Source: an uncultured Sphingomonadales bacterium
GTDB lineage: Bacteria > Pseudomonadota > Alphaproteobacteria > Sphingomonadales > Sphingomonadaceae
DNA length: 64,000 bases
Direction of reading: 5' to 3'
Assembly: GCA_903832325.1 (NCBI GenBank)
Contig: CAILBC010000012.1
Coordinates: forward strand, 84,379 to 148,378
A model generated the notes under the pieces. The model did no database searches. It saw only the letters and a list, made by a program, of their open reading frames with translations, and was not told the origin of the DNA. The position numbers were made by a program, and so were the translations under genes. Each line of letters starts with the position of its first letter. Position 1 is the first letter of the stretch. Shown one piece after another: positions 39,594-49,554 of the stretch.

Positions 39594-40118
39594 ATGGCAG
39601 CCAAGGCTCTTGCCTTCGATGTTGGGGATTATGTCGTTTATCCAAAGCACGGCGTGGGCCGTGTGGTAGAACTGCAGAACGAGGAAATCGCGGGAATGAA
39701 GCTGGAGCTTTATGTGCTCCGCTTTGAAAAGGAACGCATGACCCTGCGCGTGCCGGTGAACAAGGTCGAAGCGATCGGCATGCGCAAGCTGTCTTCGGAC
39801 AAGACCCTGCGCGAAGCGCTCGACACGCTGAAGGGCAAGCCCAAGGTGAAGCGCACGATGTGGTCGCGTCGCGCGCAGGAATACGAAGCCAAGATCAATT
39901 CGGGTGACCTCGTGTCGATCGCCGAAGTCACGCGCGACCTGTTTCGCGCCGACGATCAGCCCGAACAGTCCTATTCGGAACGCCAGATTTTCGAAGCGGC
40001 CTCATCGCGCCTCGCGCGCGAACTGGCGGCGATGGAAAAGACCGACGAACCCGCCGCGCTCAAGAAGATCCTCGCGATCCTGAACGAGCACGCACCGAAG
40101 TACTACGAAACCGCCTGA
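39594..40118 (+). CDS. carD: CarD family transcription factor
   Basis: FDVGDYVVYPKHGVG, WSRRAQEYEAKINSG; SD GAAAGGA. Confidence 0.95.
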   Translation: MAAKALAFDVGDYVVYPKHGVGRVVELQNEEIAGMKLELYVLRFEKERMTLRVPVNKVEAIGMRKLSSDKTLREALDTLKGKPKVKRTMWSRRAQEYEAKINSGDLVSIAEVTRDLFRADDQPEQSYSERQIFEAASSRLARELAAMEKTDEPAALKKILAILNEHAPKYYETA

Positions 40119-40139
40119 CCCGCATCTGGTCCAGGCCAA

Positions 40140-40175
40140 CAAAACGGGCCGCCGGCATTCCGGCGGCCCGTTTTG
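40140..40175 (+). terminator. Intrinsic terminator after carD
   Basis: CAAAACGGGCCGCCGG-catt-CCGGCGGCCCGTTTTG, a perfect 16-bp stem. Confidence 0.85.
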
Positions 40176-40343
40176 CGTTATGCGGCACGCTGTGCGACCG
40201 CCTTTTTTCGATCTTCAGACGGGAACCTTGCGCAGGTGACCCGTTTGTGGACCAATCGAGCCATGGAAATCCCGCCGCACCCCGGATATCAGGGGTGCGC
40301 GGTTGCGACGAAACGTCGCCGCCTGCCACCATCGGAGCGCGCC

Positions 40344-41090
40344 ATGGCCAGTTTGTCCGTTTCGCCGTTGCACAGGGTTTCGCCCGGTCTGCTGGCCCTG
40401 CTCGCAGCTATTCCCGGCGGCTGCGATACGCCCAGGATGGCGATCGATGGCCACGTCGGCGTGCCCTTTGCCCAGATCGATCTGACCAATCAGAAAGTGC
40501 GCGCCGTGACGCTGCTGGGGTCGGACACGGTGCATATCGTGCATGGTGACCGGCTGGCGATCAAAGTGGAAGGCGATGCCGCGGCCAAGGCAGCGCTGCG
40601 CTTTGTGCTTGGCGATGGCAAGCTGGGCATCGGGCGCGATCCGCTGGCCGGGCCCGGCACCGGCGCGGCCACGGTAACCGTTACCACCCCGGCGATTGAC
40701 CAGTTGAACATGGCCGGATCGGGCACGATGTCGAGCGACCGGCTGACGGGCAAAGCGGTGGGCGTAACCATTGGCGGGTCGGGCCATGTGGTGACCGCGC
40801 GAATCGAAACCGCGCGGCTGGATTTGTCAGTGATGGGATCGGGATCGTTCACCGGCAGCGGCCATGCGGGCAAGCTCGATCTGTCGCTGGCGGGCAGCGG
40901 CGAAGTCGACCTGGCGCAGCTGAAAGCCGACGAGGCGGCAATCGACGTGGCCGGATCGGGCACGGCCGACCTTGCCAGTGATGGCCCGGTCACGGGAACA
41001 GTGGCCGGATCGGGCACGATCACCGTGCACGGCAAGGCGCATTGCGATGTCAGCATTGCCGGATCGGGCAAAGTGACCTGCACCCCCTGA
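40344..41090 (+). CDS. Head GIN domain (DUF2807-like) protein, probable lipoprotein
   Basis: Repeated hydrophobic-x-GSG beta-helix units; N-terminal hydrophobic stretch ending in GGC. Confidence 0.8.
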   Translation: MASLSVSPLHRVSPGLLALLAAIPGGCDTPRMAIDGHVGVPFAQIDLTNQKVRAVTLLGSDTVHIVHGDRLAIKVEGDAAAKAALRFVLGDGKLGIGRDPLAGPGTGAATVTVTTPAIDQLNMAGSGTMSSDRLTGKAVGVTIGGSGHVVTARIETARLDLSVMGSGSFTGSGHAGKLDLSLAGSGEVDLAQLKADEAAIDVAGSGTADLASDGPVTGTVAGSGTITVHGKAHCDVSIAGSGKVTCTP

Positions 41091-41161
41091 TCTGGCCCTT
41101 CTGGCCTGCCCCTTATGATCTGCCCGTTCTGATCTGCCCCTTATGATCTTCTGGCGCGCAA

Positions 41162-42130
41162 TCAGGCTGCGGCGCGGCGCAAGCGGTCGTTGATCGCCAG
41201 GCCGATATCGTGATCGGGGATCGGCGCGATGGCAAGGCGCGGCTGTGCAGCGGCGGCACCCGCATGAAGGCAGGCATAAAGCCGTGCCGCCGCCTCGGCC
41301 AGATCGCCGTCGGCCGACAGCGTGACATCGCCCGGCACGGGTCCAAAGCCGATCATGAATTCATCGGCGGCGGGGCGCTCTGCACCCAGCCGGACCGGTT
41401 TTCCGGGGGCATAGTGGCTGGCAAGCTGGCCCGGCGCTTCGATTCCGGAACCCGCTGTCGGCATCGGTGCGCTGCCCAAAACCGCTGCGATTGCCTCCGC
41501 GCTGATCGGTCCCGGGCGAAGCAACGACCAGCCGACAATGCAGCCGCTGTTTTGCCGGACAGCGACAATCGTTGATTCAATGCCCCGCGCGCACCGGCCA
41601 CCGTCCAGAATCAAATCGACCCTGTTCCCCAGCGAATCGAACACATGGCCAGCGGTTGTCGGGCTGACCCCGCCGCTGCGGTTGGCCGACGGCGCCGCCA
41701 GCGGCAGGCCGGTCGCTGCCAACAGCGCTCGCATCACGGGATGGGCCGGGCAGCGCACGGCAATTGTGGGCAACCCCGCCGAAACGGCCGCGCTCAACCC
41801 GGCGCGTTCATGGCGCGGCAACACGAGTGTCAGCGGCCCGGGCCAGAATTCGCTGGCCAGTTTTCGCGCATCGCGATCGAAAAAGGCCAACCCCGACGCA
41901 CTCCACTGATCGGCAACATGGACGATCAGCGGGTTGAAATCGGGGCGCCCCTTGGCGCGATAGATTGCCGCCACGGCATCATCGCTATCGGCGCGCGCAG
42001 CCAGGCCATAGACCGTTTCAGTGGGCACGGCGACCGTGCCGCCGGCGCGGATGACCTCTGCCGCGCGGGCAATCGCCGGGCCAAGCGCATCACCTTGCGC
42101 CAAGAGACAGTTGGACTTTGTCGCGGGCAT
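41162..42130 (-). CDS. tsaC: L-threonylcarbamoyladenylate synthase (Sua5 type)
   Basis: PTETVYGLAA, KGRPDFNPLIVH, AAPSANRSG, APGQLASHYAP. Confidence 0.93.
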   Translation of the reverse strand: MPATKSNCLLAQGDALGPAIARAAEVIRAGGTVAVPTETVYGLAARADSDDAVAAIYRAKGRPDFNPLIVHVADQWSASGLAFFDRDARKLASEFWPGPLTLVLPRHERAGLSAAVSAGLPTIAVRCPAHPVMRALLAATGLPLAAPSANRSGGVSPTTAGHVFDSLGNRVDLILDGGRCARGIESTIVAVRQNSGCIVGWSLLRPGPISAEAIAAVLGSAPMPTAGSGIEAPGQLASHYAPGKPVRLGAERPAADEFMIGFGPVPGDVTLSADGDLAEAAARLYACLHAGAAAAQPRLAIAPIPDHDIGLAINDRLRRAAA

Positions 42131-42179
42131 TGCGCTTGGCTATAGGACGCACAAGAGGCTTGCCAAGGAAAACCGAACG

Positions 42180-43901
42180 ATGACTTTCACTGCGCCGACC
42201 GCCGACCAGGTTCTTGCCATAACGGTCAACGCCGGGATTGAAGAGCTGGCGCAGCACGACCGCTTTTCCGCCGCGACGCCCGATCTGGTGGCCGCGATTG
42301 TCGAAGGCATCGGCCAGCTTGCCGCCGGGGAATGGGCCCCGCTCAACCGTATTGGCGATACGCGCGGCGCGCGGTGGGACCAGGGCACGGTGCACCTGCC
42401 CGACGGTTTTGCCGAGGCCTATCGCGGCTATGTCGAACAGGGCTGGAACAGCGTGGCCGGGCCGGTCGATCATGGCGGGCAGGGCCTGCCGTTCACGCTG
42501 GCGACTTGCGTGCTGGAAACGCTGGGCGCGGCGAACATGGGCTTTGCGCTGCTGCCGATTCTGACCGTGGGCGCGATCGAGGCGCTGGATCATCACGGCA
42601 GCGATGCGCAAAAGGCGATGTATCTGGACAAGCTGGTGTCGGGCGAATGGTCGGGCACGATGAACCTGACCGAGCCGCAGGCGGGATCGGATGTGGGCGC
42701 GCTGCGCACCACGGCGACCCCTGTTGCCAGCGGCGAACACGCCGGCAAATACCTGATCAAGGGCACCAAGATCTACATCACCTGGGGCGAGCACGATCTG
42801 GCCGACAATATCATCCATCTGGTGCTGGCACGCACCCCCGGTGCACCAGCCGGATCACGCGGAATTTCGCTGTTTGTCGTGCCCAAATATCATGTCGGGC
42901 CGGATGGCGCGCCGGGTGCGCGCAACGATGTGCGCTGCGCCTCGATCGAACACAAGCTGGGGATCAACGCCTCACCCACATGCGTGATGGTCTATGGCGA
43001 TAACGACGCCTGCATTGGCGAGCTGGTCGGGCATGAGTTCGGCGGGCTGCGCGCGATGTTCACGATGATGAATTCGGCGCGGATCAATGTTGGCAGCCAG
43101 GGCGTGCAGATTGCCGAAGCGGCGCTGCAAAAGGCCCGCGATTATGCGCGCGATCGCATCCAGTCGGCCCGGGCCAGCAGCGCCGACAAGACACCGGTGG
43201 CAATTATCGAACACCCCGATGTGCGGCGCATGCTGCTGCGCATGCGCGCGATGACCGAGGCCTCGCGCGCGCTGCTCTATTACACCGCCGGCCAGGTCGA
43301 TCGCGGCGCGCTGGGCGATGCCGCAGCGCAGGCCCGCGCCGAAGTGCTGGTGCCGATGCTGAAGGCCTGGGGCACCGATGTCGGCTGCGAAGTGGCCAGC
43401 CTGGGCGTGCAGATCCACGGCGGCATGGGCTTTGTCGAGGAAACCGGCGCGGCGCAGTTCTATCGCGATGCGCGGATCGCGCCGATTTATGAAGGCACCA
43501 ACGGCATCCAGGCCGCCGATCTGGTTACGCGAAAGCTGGGGCTGGACAATGGCGGGGTGCTGCAGGCGCTGATCGCCGACATTCTGGCCGATTGCGCGGA
43601 AAGCCCGGAATTGGCCGCGCTGGCGCGCGATGCGGCCGCGATTGCCAGCTGGATGGCCAGCGGCGATGCCAGCCTGGATGACAAACTGGCCGGATCGGTG
43701 CCGTTCACCACGATGTGCGCGGTGGCGGTGGCCGGCTGGCAACTGGTGCGCCAGGTTCATGCCACCGGATCGGAGGAAAAGGCTTCGATCACACGCTTTT
43801 TCAACCGCACGATCGCGCCCGAGGCGCGCGGGCTGGGCGCGGCGGCGATGGCCGGCGCGGCGCTGCTTTATGATCTTGATACCGCTGCGCTGGTTGGCTG
43901 A
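42180..43901 (+). CDS. Acyl-CoA dehydrogenase (long, DmdC/FadE5-like)
   Basis: MNLTEPQAGSDVG, GTKIYITWGEHD, EHKLGINASPTC, QIHGGMG, IYEGTNGIQA. Confidence 0.9.
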   Translation: MTFTAPTADQVLAITVNAGIEELAQHDRFSAATPDLVAAIVEGIGQLAAGEWAPLNRIGDTRGARWDQGTVHLPDGFAEAYRGYVEQGWNSVAGPVDHGGQGLPFTLATCVLETLGAANMGFALLPILTVGAIEALDHHGSDAQKAMYLDKLVSGEWSGTMNLTEPQAGSDVGALRTTATPVASGEHAGKYLIKGTKIYITWGEHDLADNIIHLVLARTPGAPAGSRGISLFVVPKYHVGPDGAPGARNDVRCASIEHKLGINASPTCVMVYGDNDACIGELVGHEFGGLRAMFTMMNSARINVGSQGVQIAEAALQKARDYARDRIQSARASSADKTPVAIIEHPDVRRMLLRMRAMTEASRALLYYTAGQVDRGALGDAAAQARAEVLVPMLKAWGTDVGCEVASLGVQIHGGMGFVEETGAAQFYRDARIAPIYEGTNGIQAADLVTRKLGLDNGGVLQALIADILADCAESPELAALARDAAAIASWMASGDASLDDKLAGSVPFTTMCAVAVAGWQLVRQVHATGSEEKASITRFFNRTIAPEARGLGAAAMAGAALLYDLDTAALVG

Positions 43902-43910
43902 GCCGGGACC

Positions 43911-44732
43911 ATGACCGATCAGATCGCGATTTTGCGGCGTATTGCCGATGCGCTGGATCGCCTGGCCCCGCCCGTACCCGCCGCCATCGACTGGATGGTG
44001 CACCCCGCCTATGTCTGGCAGGGGGCGACCACCCGCGCGGTGCCCGTGCTGGAGGCGCCGTCGCTCGATCTGATCCGCGGCATTGATGCGCAAAAGGCCG
44101 CGGTGGTGGGCAATGTCCTGCGGCTGGCCGCAGGGGCCGCGGCGCACGACATGCTGCTGTGGGGTGCACGCGGCATGGGCAAATCGGCGCTGTTGCGCGC
44201 CAGTGTGGCCGCTGCTGCCGCCGCGCACCCGGGGCGGATTGCCTTGGTGCAGGCCACCGCCGATGCCGGGCTGGCAGCGCTGTTTGCGACGTTGCGCGGG
44301 CATGCGCGCAGCTATCTGGTGTTCATCGACGATCTCGGCTTTGACGATGGCGACAGCGAAGGCCCGCGCCGGCTGCGATCATGGCTGGAAGGCGGGGTGG
44401 AAGCGCGCCCCGCCAATGTGCGGCTGGCGGTAACATCGAACCGCCGCGCGATTGTGGAACGCCACATGCGCGAACAGGACGATCCGATCAATCCGCGCGA
44501 TGTGGTTGATGATCAACTGGCGCTGGCCGACCGCTTTGGACTGAGCCTGGGCTTTCACGCCTGTTCGCAAGACGATTACCTGGCGATCGTGGCCGGCTAT
44601 GCCGCGCATCATGCGCTGCAATTCGATGCGGCCGACGCGCTGGAATGGTCGAAACGGCGCGGCAGCCGATCGGGCCGTGTCGCCTGGCACTATGTGACCG
44701 AACTGGCCGGGCGCAGCGCCCGGATCATCTGA
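43911..44732 (+). CDS. DUF815-like AAA+ ATPase
   Basis: WGARGMGKS Walker A, FIDDLGF, LADRFGLSLGFH. Confidence 0.85.
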   Translation: MTDQIAILRRIADALDRLAPPVPAAIDWMVHPAYVWQGATTRAVPVLEAPSLDLIRGIDAQKAAVVGNVLRLAAGAAAHDMLLWGARGMGKSALLRASVAAAAAAHPGRIALVQATADAGLAALFATLRGHARSYLVFIDDLGFDDGDSEGPRRLRSWLEGGVEARPANVRLAVTSNRRAIVERHMREQDDPINPRDVVDDQLALADRFGLSLGFHACSQDDYLAIVAGYAAHHALQFDAADALEWSKRRGSRSGRVAWHYVTELAGRSARII

Positions 44733-44762
44733 ATACCTGATCCGGGGGCCTGATCGGGGCGC

Positions 44763-46226
44763 CTACTGCTGCGGCTTGTTCAGGTCGGAATTCTCGTCTT
44801 TGCGGATGGTATAGTGTTGCGGCATCGCGCCGATCGGCGGTGCCACACGCGTGGGCAGCGGGATGATCGCCGCGGCCGGCTTTGCCCCCGGGGCAGTCAC
44901 GCGCCAGACAATGCCGCCGACATCGTCGCTGATCAGCAGGGCGCCATCGGCGGCAAAAGCCACCCACGCCGGGCGGCCCCGCGCCTGGCCCTTGGCATCC
45001 ATGAACCCGGTCAACACCGGCACGGGGGGGGCGGGCAGCACATTGCCGCGATCGTCAAAACCGACAAACACGACGTCATAACCGCTCATCGGCTTGCGAT
45101 TCCACGATCCGTGGTTGGCAATGAACGCGCCACTGGCAAATTTTTCGCCCATCAGATTGCCGCCGCGCGCAAAGGCCAGCCCCAGCGGGGCCACATGCAC
45201 GCCAAGCGCATATTCGGGCTTTCGCACATAATCGGTCAGGTATTGGGGCATCGGCGCCTGCACCCGCCAATCGGGATATTTTTTCCAATAGAGCCAGGGC
45301 CAGCCATAATGTGCACCCAGCGGCACATTGGTCAGATAATCGGGCACGAGATCCGACCCGAGCATGTCGCGTTCGTTGACCACGGTCCACAGTTCGCCGC
45401 TGCGCGGATTGAAATCCATCCCGTTGGGATTGCGCAAGCCACTGGCAAACTGGCGCGCGGCATGTTTGGTGAAATCATATTCGAAAATCGCGGCGCGATC
45501 TTTTTCGTGCTCGATGCCGTCATCGGCGATGTTGCTGGACGATCCGACAGTCACATACAGCCGCGTTCCATCGGCGCTGAGAATCAGGTTGCGCGCCCAA
45601 TGGTTGCCGCCGCCGACCAGGTCCATCAGCTTTTCGGGTTTGCCGGTCAGGCTGGTCTGCCCGGGCTGAAACGGCCACGACACCACCGCATCGGTGTTGG
45701 CAACATAAAGCCGCCCATCGCGCAGCACCATGCCGAACGGCGAATTGAGCGCCGGATTGGACATGACAAAGCGTTGGTCGGCATGGCCGGTGCCCTTGCT
45801 GTCACGCAGCACGACAATCGTGTTGGGCGATGGTTCGCCCGCCCCGGCAGCCTTGAACAGATAGCTGGCGACCAGCCCCGACAGCCCGCCGCCCGATGCG
45901 CGCGGCGGCGAATTGGTCTGCGCGGCCAGAATGTCGCCATTGGGCAGCACGGTCAGCGTGCGCGGATGGTTGAGCCCATCGGCAAAGCGGGTGACGGTCA
46001 GCCCGGCGGCAGCCTGCGGCGCTTCGCCAGCCTTCCAGCCCACCGGTTTGGCAATGCCGATAGTGGGAAAGGATTGCGGGCGCGGCTCGGTTATCTTCGG
46101 ATGCGGGCCGGTGGTTTCCACAAACGGCACTTGCGCCGGATCGGGCTGCAGCAGCCAGGTGACGGCGCCGCCGCCCACAACGACAACGGCGCCAAGGCCG
46201 ATGAGAAAAGTCCTGAGTTTGGTCAT
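44763..46226 (-). CDS. PQQ-dependent sugar/sorbosone dehydrogenase family protein
   Basis: HPRTL, LYVTVGSSSN, GLRNPNG, NERDMLG, HGSWNR, SDDVG. Confidence 0.85.
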   Translation of the reverse strand: MTKLRTFLIGLGAVVVVGGGAVTWLLQPDPAQVPFVETTGPHPKITEPRPQSFPTIGIAKPVGWKAGEAPQAAAGLTVTRFADGLNHPRTLTVLPNGDILAAQTNSPPRASGGGLSGLVASYLFKAAGAGEPSPNTIVVLRDSKGTGHADQRFVMSNPALNSPFGMVLRDGRLYVANTDAVVSWPFQPGQTSLTGKPEKLMDLVGGGNHWARNLILSADGTRLYVTVGSSSNIADDGIEHEKDRAAIFEYDFTKHAARQFASGLRNPNGMDFNPRSGELWTVVNERDMLGSDLVPDYLTNVPLGAHYGWPWLYWKKYPDWRVQAPMPQYLTDYVRKPEYALGVHVAPLGLAFARGGNLMGEKFASGAFIANHGSWNRKPMSGYDVVFVGFDDRGNVLPAPPVPVLTGFMDAKGQARGRPAWVAFAADGALLISDDVGGIVWRVTAPGAKPAAAIIPLPTRVAPPIGAMPQHYTIRKDENSDLNKPQQ

Positions 46227-46276
46227 GGCGGCGAAACTAGGCGCGCAACGGGGCGACAGCAACGGACAATTGGCCT

Positions 46277-46777
46277 ATGGAGCGGAGCATGTTTGCCTTT
46301 TCCCCCGCGGCCCATGCCGACAAGCCCGAACTCTATCGCGATCTCGTCGAAGCGGCGCAGGCGCTGACCGCCGGAGAGGCCGATGGCGTGGCCAATATGG
46401 CCAATCTGGCCGCGCTGATCTGGACATTTCTGCCCGATCTCAACTGGGCGGGATTCTATCGCCTGCCTGCGGGCAGCGACGAGCTCGTGCTGGGTCCGTT
46501 CATCGGCAAACCGGCCTGTATCCGCATTGCGCTTGGCACCGGGGTGTGCGGCACTGCCGCTGCCACGCGGACCAGCCAGTGCGTCGCCGATGTCCATGCT
46601 TTTCCCGGGCATATTGCCTGCGATGCAAACAGTCGGTCGGAACTGGTCGTGCCGGTGCTGCGCGATGGCGCGGTGATCGCGGTGATCGATCTCGACAGCC
46701 CCTCACCCGCCCGTTTCGATGCCGACGACACCGCCGGAATCATCGCCCTGGCCAAGGCCATCGCGCCGGTTATCTGA
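46277..46777 (+). CDS. GAF-domain free methionine-(R)-sulfoxide reductase-like protein
   Basis: WAGFY, GPFIGKPACIRI..G.GVCG, DVHAFPGHIACD..S.SE. Confidence 0.85.
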   Translation: MERSMFAFSPAAHADKPELYRDLVEAAQALTAGEADGVANMANLAALIWTFLPDLNWAGFYRLPAGSDELVLGPFIGKPACIRIALGTGVCGTAAATRTSQCVADVHAFPGHIACDANSRSELVVPVLRDGAVIAVIDLDSPSPARFDADDTAGIIALAKAIAPVI

Positions 46778-46915
46778 TTTCCAATACGATAGTGGTCCGA
46801 ATCGGGACAGGCGCCGCAGGTCGCTTGGTCTTTGGCGGAACTGCGTGGTAAATTCCGGGTTAACGCCGTTCTGCGACCGTTCGCAGGCCGGGTGCTGTTG
46901 CCGGGGATTGTCCAG

Positions 46916-47827
46916 ATGCGTCCGTATCGATCGTTTGAAACCTTGCGCCGCCTTGGGTTGATTGCCCTGCCTTCAATTGCCCTGGCGTCATGCGCCGTCG
47001 CTTCGTGCACACTGGCCGGCAGTGCCGCCCAGGCGCAGCAGGCGCCGATGGCCTCACCTCCGCCGGGCTGGGTGTGGCAGGGCACCTGGCAGGATGGGCG
47101 CTGGTATGGCCAGTGGGTGCCAGGCCCCGGTATGTCTGGCCCCGGTATGTCTGGCCCCGGTATGTCTGGCCCCGGTATGTCTGGCCCCGGAATGTCTGGC
47201 GCCGCCTATGGCCCGGCGGGCACCTATGTGCCGCCCCGGGTGATTGACGCCGACATGCAGCGCATGATCGACCGTTGCCGCGATTATCGCCATGACAGCG
47301 GTGTGGCCGGCGCAGTGGTTGGCGGGATCGTTGGCGGCGTGGTCGGCAACCGCGTGGTGAGCGGTGACCGGGTGGCCGGCACCCTGGGCGGCGCGGCACT
47401 GGGCGCGGTGGCCGGTGGGGCCATCGACCATGCCGGAAAGCGCCGGCGTGATCGCGAGTGCGAGGCATTTTTTGCCGACCATCCCGACTATGCCCCCGGT
47501 GGCGCGGCCTATGGCCCGCCCCCCGGGGTTCCGCCGCAGCCCGGTGCCGCAGGCGTACCAATGGCCTATGGCGTACCGATGACTTATGGCGTGCCGATGG
47601 CCTATGCCACGGGAACTTATGCCACCATGCCCATGGCCCCGGCAGGCTACATGATGATGCCGGTGCAGCAGGGGGGCCAGATCCCGCAAGCCCCACAGGC
47701 GCCCTGCGTGGAAACCAAAACGGTCACCACCGAATATGTCGACGCCCCGCGCCATCGTCTGATGCGCGCAAAACCGCATGCAGTCGCACCGCGGCGCAAG
47801 GAAAAGCGGGTCTATACCGGCAGCTGA
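46916..47827 (+). CDS. Secreted Pro/Gly/Met-rich glycine-zipper protein
   Basis: Signal peptide, GWVWQGTWQDGRWYGQW, (GPGMS)x5, glycine zipper GAVVGGIVGGVVG..GGAALGAVAGG. Confidence 0.65.
   Translation: MRPYRSFETLRRLGLIALPSIALASCAVASCTLAGSAAQAQQAPMASPPPGWVWQGTWQDGRWYGQWVPGPGMSGPGMSGPGMSGPGMSGPGMSGAAYGPAGTYVPPRVIDADMQRMIDRCRDYRHDSGVAGAVVGGIVGGVVGNRVVSGDRVAGTLGGAALGAVAGGAIDHAGKRRRDRECEAFFADHPDYAPGGAAYGPPPGVPPQPGAAGVPMAYGVPMTYGVPMAYATGTYATMPMAPAGYMMMPVQQGGQIPQAPQAPCVETKTVTTEYVDAPRHRLMRAKPHAVAPRRKEKRVYTGS
47123..47197. repeat. 15-bp coding tandem repeat x5 (GPGMS)
   Basis: ggccccggtatgtct x4 plus ggccccggaatgtct. Confidence 0.95.
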
Positions 47828-48717
47828 TCGGGCTCGGCGCGGGGCATGCCATTCGGCGCGGCACCGCGCCACAGCACCGATCCCGCGCCGGCGGCAATGA
47901 CACAGGCGATGGCAACCCATTGCCGCGCGCTGAGCGTTTCGCCCAGCAGCATGCTTGCCGCCAGCGCGCCTACCGCCGGTTCGGCCGCGATCAGCACGCC
48001 GAATGCGCGCCGCTCAATCCCCTTGAGCGCAATGCGTTCAAGCCAGAATGGCGCCGCGCCCGAAACCATCGCAACCCCCAGGCCCAGCGTCATGACATGC
48101 GGATCGAGCAGATGTGACCCGGCCCGGGCAATTCCCGCCGGCGCGATCACCAGCGCGGCCACGGTCATGCCCAGCGCCACCGCCTGGCCGGGATCGACCT
48201 GCCCGCCGCGTTGCCCGAACACGATATACAGCGCCCAGAACAGCGCGGCGAGCAGCGCCAGGCCCACACCCGCCGGATCAAGCGCCTGGACCGGACCGGC
48301 AATCGGCAACAGCAGGGCAAGGCCCGCAACGGCAAGCGCGATCCACGCAAAATCGGCCGGGCGGCGTGAATGGATCAGCGACACGCACAGCGGCCCGAGA
48401 AATTCGATCGCCATCGCCAGCCCCAGCGGGATTGTCGTCAGCGCCTTGTAAAACGCCAGGTTCATGGCGCCGAGCGACCCGCCATAAAGCGCAAGATCGG
48501 TCAGTTCGCGCCTGGTCCAGCGCCGGCGCCACGGCCGGGTGAGCGCCACCAGCACCAGCGCCGAAAACACCGCGCGATAAAGCGAGGTGCCTTCGGCCCC
48601 GACGGCGGCAAACAAGCCTTTGGCAAGCGAAGTGCCAACCGAGATCAGCAGCATCGCACCAAACAGCGCAAGATAGGGGCCTGGCGTTGCAAGCGCTGGG
48701 TGGCGGCCGGTGGACAT
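47812..48717 (-). CDS. EamA/RhtA-like amino-acid exporter
   Basis: GTSLAKGLF, MNLAFY, IEFLGPL, FWALYI, EPAVGAL. Start MSTGRH at 48717 preferred. Confidence 0.85.
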   Translation of the reverse strand: MSTGRHPALATPGPYLALFGAMLLISVGTSLAKGLFAAVGAEGTSLYRAVFSALVLVALTRPWRRRWTRRELTDLALYGGSLGAMNLAFYKALTTIPLGLAMAIEFLGPLCVSLIHSRRPADFAWIALAVAGLALLLPIAGPVQALDPAGVGLALLAALFWALYIVFGQRGGQVDPGQAVALGMTVAALVIAPAGIARAGSHLLDPHVMTLGLGVAMVSGAAPFWLERIALKGIERRAFGVLIAAEPAVGALAASMLLGETLSARQWVAIACVIAAGAGSVLWRGAAPNGMPRAEPDQLPV

Positions 48718-48724
48718 CACCGGA

Positions 48725-48877
48725 TCAGGCAGCCGGTGTAGTGTCGCGGGTTCTGGCAGGCGCATGCGCGCGGGCCCAGGGGGCGTCATAGTGGATTGCC
48801 ACGCTGGCTTCGAACGTATCGCGGGCGAGCATCAGCAGGCGGGTCGGAAAGCGGGTGGCCTGGTCGTTGCGGGGCAT
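48725..48877 (-). CDS. 50-aa small protein upstream of the exporter
   Basis: Strong SD AGGAGA before ATG 48877; MPRNDQATRFPTRLLMLARDTFEASVAIHYDAPW...; stop lies 7 nt before the exporter ATG. Confidence 0.6.
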   Translation of the reverse strand: MPRNDQATRFPTRLLMLARDTFEASVAIHYDAPWARAHAPARTRDTTPAA

Positions 48878-48986
48878 CGGGTTTCTCCTGTGATCGGTCG
48901 ATGCGGGGGAAATATCCTGATGCCGGCAGGGATTGGCGCCGAATTTGGGTGGAGATATGCATAATTTGATCATATTGGCCATCATT

Positions 48987-49475
48987 ATGCGAAAAACCGT
49001 CGATCTGGATGATTTCGATTTGCGCCTGCTCGAAGAAGTCCGGCGCGACAACCAGCAACCCGCGCGCGTCCTGGCCGACACGGTGGGGCTTTCGGTCTCG
49101 GCGGTGCTGCGCCGATTGCGGCGATTGCGCGAAGATCGGGTGATCGTGGCCGATCGCGCAGTGGTCGATCCCGCGCTGACCGGATCAGCACTGACCATGC
49201 ATGTGCTGATCAAGATGAAGCAGGCGGGCGCGAGTGCCATGGATGGCTTTGCCCGCAGCCTTACCCGCTATCGCGAAGTGACCGGGGCCTGGGACGTGAC
49301 CGGTGACGATGATTTCGTGCTGAAAGTGCAAGTGGGGTCGATCGAGGAATACGACCGTTTCACCCGCCGTGCGCTGAGCGAGGATGAGGGCGTCTATGCC
49401 TTCAAGACATTGATCACGATTCGCGCGATTGTCGATGATGACGGGTCGCGCCGGCCGATCCTGCCGCCCGATTGA
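48987..49475 (+). CDS. Lrp/AsnC family transcriptional regulator
   Basis: LDDFDLRLL..., HTH GLSVSAVLRRLRRL, VTGDDDFVL. Confidence 0.92.
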   Translation: MRKTVDLDDFDLRLLEEVRRDNQQPARVLADTVGLSVSAVLRRLRRLREDRVIVADRAVVDPALTGSALTMHVLIKMKQAGASAMDGFARSLTRYREVTGAWDVTGDDDFVLKVQVGSIEEYDRFTRRALSEDEGVYAFKTLITIRAIVDDDGSRRPILPPD

Positions 49476-49483
49476 AACGAACC

Positions 49484-49510
49484 GGGCCCCGCCAGCGGCT
49501 GGCGGGGCCC
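49484..49510. terminator. Hairpin between the convergent Lrp and acyl-CoA dehydrogenase genes
   Basis: GGGCCCCGCCAG-cgg-CTGGCGGGGCCC. Confidence 0.65.
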
Positions 49511-49554
49511 ATCTCAGAGCGGCCCATCTCAAAGCGGCCAGGATCAACTGCGGG

